From an uncultured Anaerolineaceae bacterium (GTDB lineage Bacteria; Chloroflexota; Anaerolineae; Anaerolineales; E44-bin32), in NCBI GenBank assembly GCA_964590515.1, contig CAZPZD010000004.1:23223-80690 (forward strand): a stretch of DNA of 57,468 nucleotides. Reading direction: 5' to 3'. This document shows, one piece after another, positions 55,768 through 57,468 of this stretch. Within the stretch, counting starts at the first letter, position 1. Each line of letters starts with the position of its first letter. Under the pieces are notes generated by a model. That model made no database searches. It was not told the origin of the DNA and saw nothing but the letters and a program-made list of their open reading frames with translations. The position numbers and the translations under genes are program-made.

Positions 55768-57376
55768 CTCCGGCCGGAGCCGGCCACGGCTGGCCGAATT
55801 CGTATGGGCCGTGGCTGACGACCGGAGGCGAGCTGAAGTTCCCCAACGGGGGCGGGGAGGCTACCTGCCATTCCAGGCTGAGCGCCCGCCAGGGATTTGA
55901 TACCGCTCGGGCTCCTCGAGCCCAACTCACGATAAGGTTGTAAATGAAAGGCAGCACCGACAGGCCCATCAGGAACGCCCCGACACTCGCGACCTGGTTG
56001 ACCGGTTGGAACTCTGGAGCGTAAGCGGCGACCCGCCGCGGCATTCCCTGCAATCCGGCCCAGTGGAGCGGCAAGAAGGTCAGGTTGAATGAGATCAAAG
56101 TCAGCCAGAAATGCAGCCGGCCCAGACGCTCGCTGTACATTCTGCCGGTAATCTTTGGAAACCAGAAATACATCCCTCCGAATATGGCGAAGACCGATCC
56201 TCCGAACAATACATAGTGGAGGTGGGCGACGACATAATAGCTGTCCTGAACGTGGATATCGACCGGGACCGAGGCAAGCGTAATCCCACTCAGACCGCCA
56301 ATGACAAACATTGCGATGAACCCCACCGCGAAAAGCAGAGGGGTCTTGAAGTCCAAGACGCCTCCCCAAAGTGTTCCCAACCAGTTGAAGACTTTCACCC
56401 CGGTCGGGACGGCGATGATCATCGAGGTCACCATGAACGTGATCTGCGTTCCTGGGGTCATTCCGGTCGTGAACATATGGTGGGCCCAGACCAGGAAACC
56501 CAAAACGGAGATCGCCAACGAGGACCCAGCAATCGCCCGATACCCGAAGACTGGCTTTCGGCTGAAGACCGGAAGGATCTCTGAGACGATTCCCATCGCC
56601 GGCAGGATCATGATGTAGACCGCCGGATGAGAGTAGAACCAGAAAAGATTCTGCCAGGTGATCGGGTCACCCAGGTTCTCAATGCTAAAGAAAGCCATTC
56701 CAAAACTGCGCTCCAGCACAAGCAGAAGCAATGCGGCGCTCAGCACCGGAGTGGCGAGCAACACAATCAGGGAGGTTGCGATGATCGCCCAGCAGAAGAG
56801 CGGCATCCGGTCGAGCGACAGCCCACTCGTCCGCATCGTGAAGATCGTCACCAGAAAGTTGATAGCCCCCATCAGTGATGAGCTTCCGACGAAGAGTGCA
56901 CCGAGGGCCCAGAGAGTCTGGCCAACCGGCGCCTGTAAGCTCAGCGGCGCGTAGGCGGTCCATCCGGTGTCGGCCTGACCCAGGAAGTTCCCGGAAAGAA
57001 TCGTCAGGCCTCCAATCACCAGCAGCCAGAAACTCAATGCGTTCAGCCGGGGAAAGGCCATGTCCGCCGCGCCGACCATCAGTGGGATCAGGTAGTTGGC
57101 GAATCCGGCCATCACTGGAATGACCCACAGGAAGATCATCGCGGACCCGTGCAGAGTGAAGATCGCGTTATAGGCGCCCGGATCGAGAGTGCTTTCGGCA
57201 TCCAAGAGTTCATATCGAAGGATCATGGCGAGCAATCCGCCGAAAAGAAAGAAGACGAAGGTGGTCGCCAGGTACTGGATACCGATGACCTTGTGGTCGG
57301 TGTTGAAGGCGAAGTAATCGCGCCAGGAACGCGCCCCGTGCCGGAGCAGTCGGCCGCGAACCGAGAAGCTGACCAT
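55751..57376 (-). CDS. ctaD: Cytochrome c oxidase subunit I, A2 type
   Basis: TDHKVIG, DMAFPRLN, GWTAY, WFYSHPAVY, WAHHM, PTGVK, VAHLHYV; ATG at 57376 overlaps the upstream TGA. Confidence 0.97.
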   Translation of the reverse strand: MVSFSVRGRLLRHGARSWRDYFAFNTDHKVIGIQYLATTFVFFLFGGLLAMILRYELLDAESTLDPGAYNAIFTLHGSAMIFLWVIPVMAGFANYLIPLMVGAADMAFPRLNALSFWLLVIGGLTILSGNFLGQADTGWTAYAPLSLQAPVGQTLWALGALFVGSSSLMGAINFLVTIFTMRTSGLSLDRMPLFCWAIIATSLIVLLATPVLSAALLLLVLERSFGMAFFSIENLGDPITWQNLFWFYSHPAVYIMILPAMGIVSEILPVFSRKPVFGYRAIAGSSLAISVLGFLVWAHHMFTTGMTPGTQITFMVTSMIIAVPTGVKVFNWLGTLWGGVLDFKTPLLFAVGFIAMFVIGGLSGITLASVPVDIHVQDSYYVVAHLHYVLFGGSVFAIFGGMYFWFPKITGRMYSERLGRLHFWLTLISFNLTFLPLHWAGLQGMPRRVAAYAPEFQPVNQVASVGAFLMGLSVLPFIYNLIVSWARGARAVSNPWRALSLEWQVASPPPLGNFSSPPVVSHGPYEFGQPWPAPAGDAASG

Positions 57377-57468
57377 CAACCCTGTTGCTCGAGCCAGCGG
57401 GAGAATTCTTCTGGCGGGTGCACAACGACCTTGCTGCGCATGACGGCGTGCCCTGCGCCGCACAGCTC
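57376..57468 (-). CDS. ctaC: C-terminus of cytochrome c oxidase subunit II (partial)
   Basis: Reads ELCGAGHAVMRSKVVVHPPEEFSRWLEQQG-TGA; end of the CuA motif; no fused cytochrome c domain. Confidence 0.93.
   Translation of the reverse strand, partial: ELCGAGHAVMRSKVVVHPPEEFSRWLEQQG

Noticed and set aside
57377..57463. ORF-track N-terminal extension of cytochrome oxidase subunit I
   Set aside because: This DNA encodes the subunit II C-terminus in another frame; subunit I starts at the TGATG overlap (57376)

Overview
A 57.5 kb GC-rich bacterial chromosomal segment. Gene content (TP-repeat surface proteins, lineage-type conserved hypotheticals, extended -10 promoters) suggests Chloroflexota, probably Anaerolineae; this is inference from recalled family knowledge, not a database search. 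It is mostly core genome: the 3' end of a probable rplU, rpmA-rpmE, tdk-hpt-tRNA nucleotidyltransferase, dinB, argS, rpsT, rsmA, moeA, uvrB, polX, degV, four tRNAs (Ser-GGA, Sec-UCA, Lys-CUU, Arg-UCU; none encodes CCA) and most of an A2-type cytochrome c oxidase operon. No transposase, integrase, prophage or CRISPR array was seen. The notable observations are: (1) ribosomal protein L31 fused to an RNA polymerase alpha-CTD-like domain; (2) a tightly coupled five-gene operon of Mre11/SbcD-like nuclease, membrane-hairpin Rad50/YhaN-like ATPase, stand-alone Fe-S PD-(D/E)XK nuclease, AddB and AddA; (3) argS coupled to an ArcE-like arginine synthetase; (4) a loop-deleted (CC-adding-type) tRNA nucleotidyltransferase; (5) a PolX lacking its third catalytic Asp; (6) an unannotated hydrophobic small ORF and a branched RNA structure downstream of tRNA-Lys; (7) recurring leaderless-type promoters.
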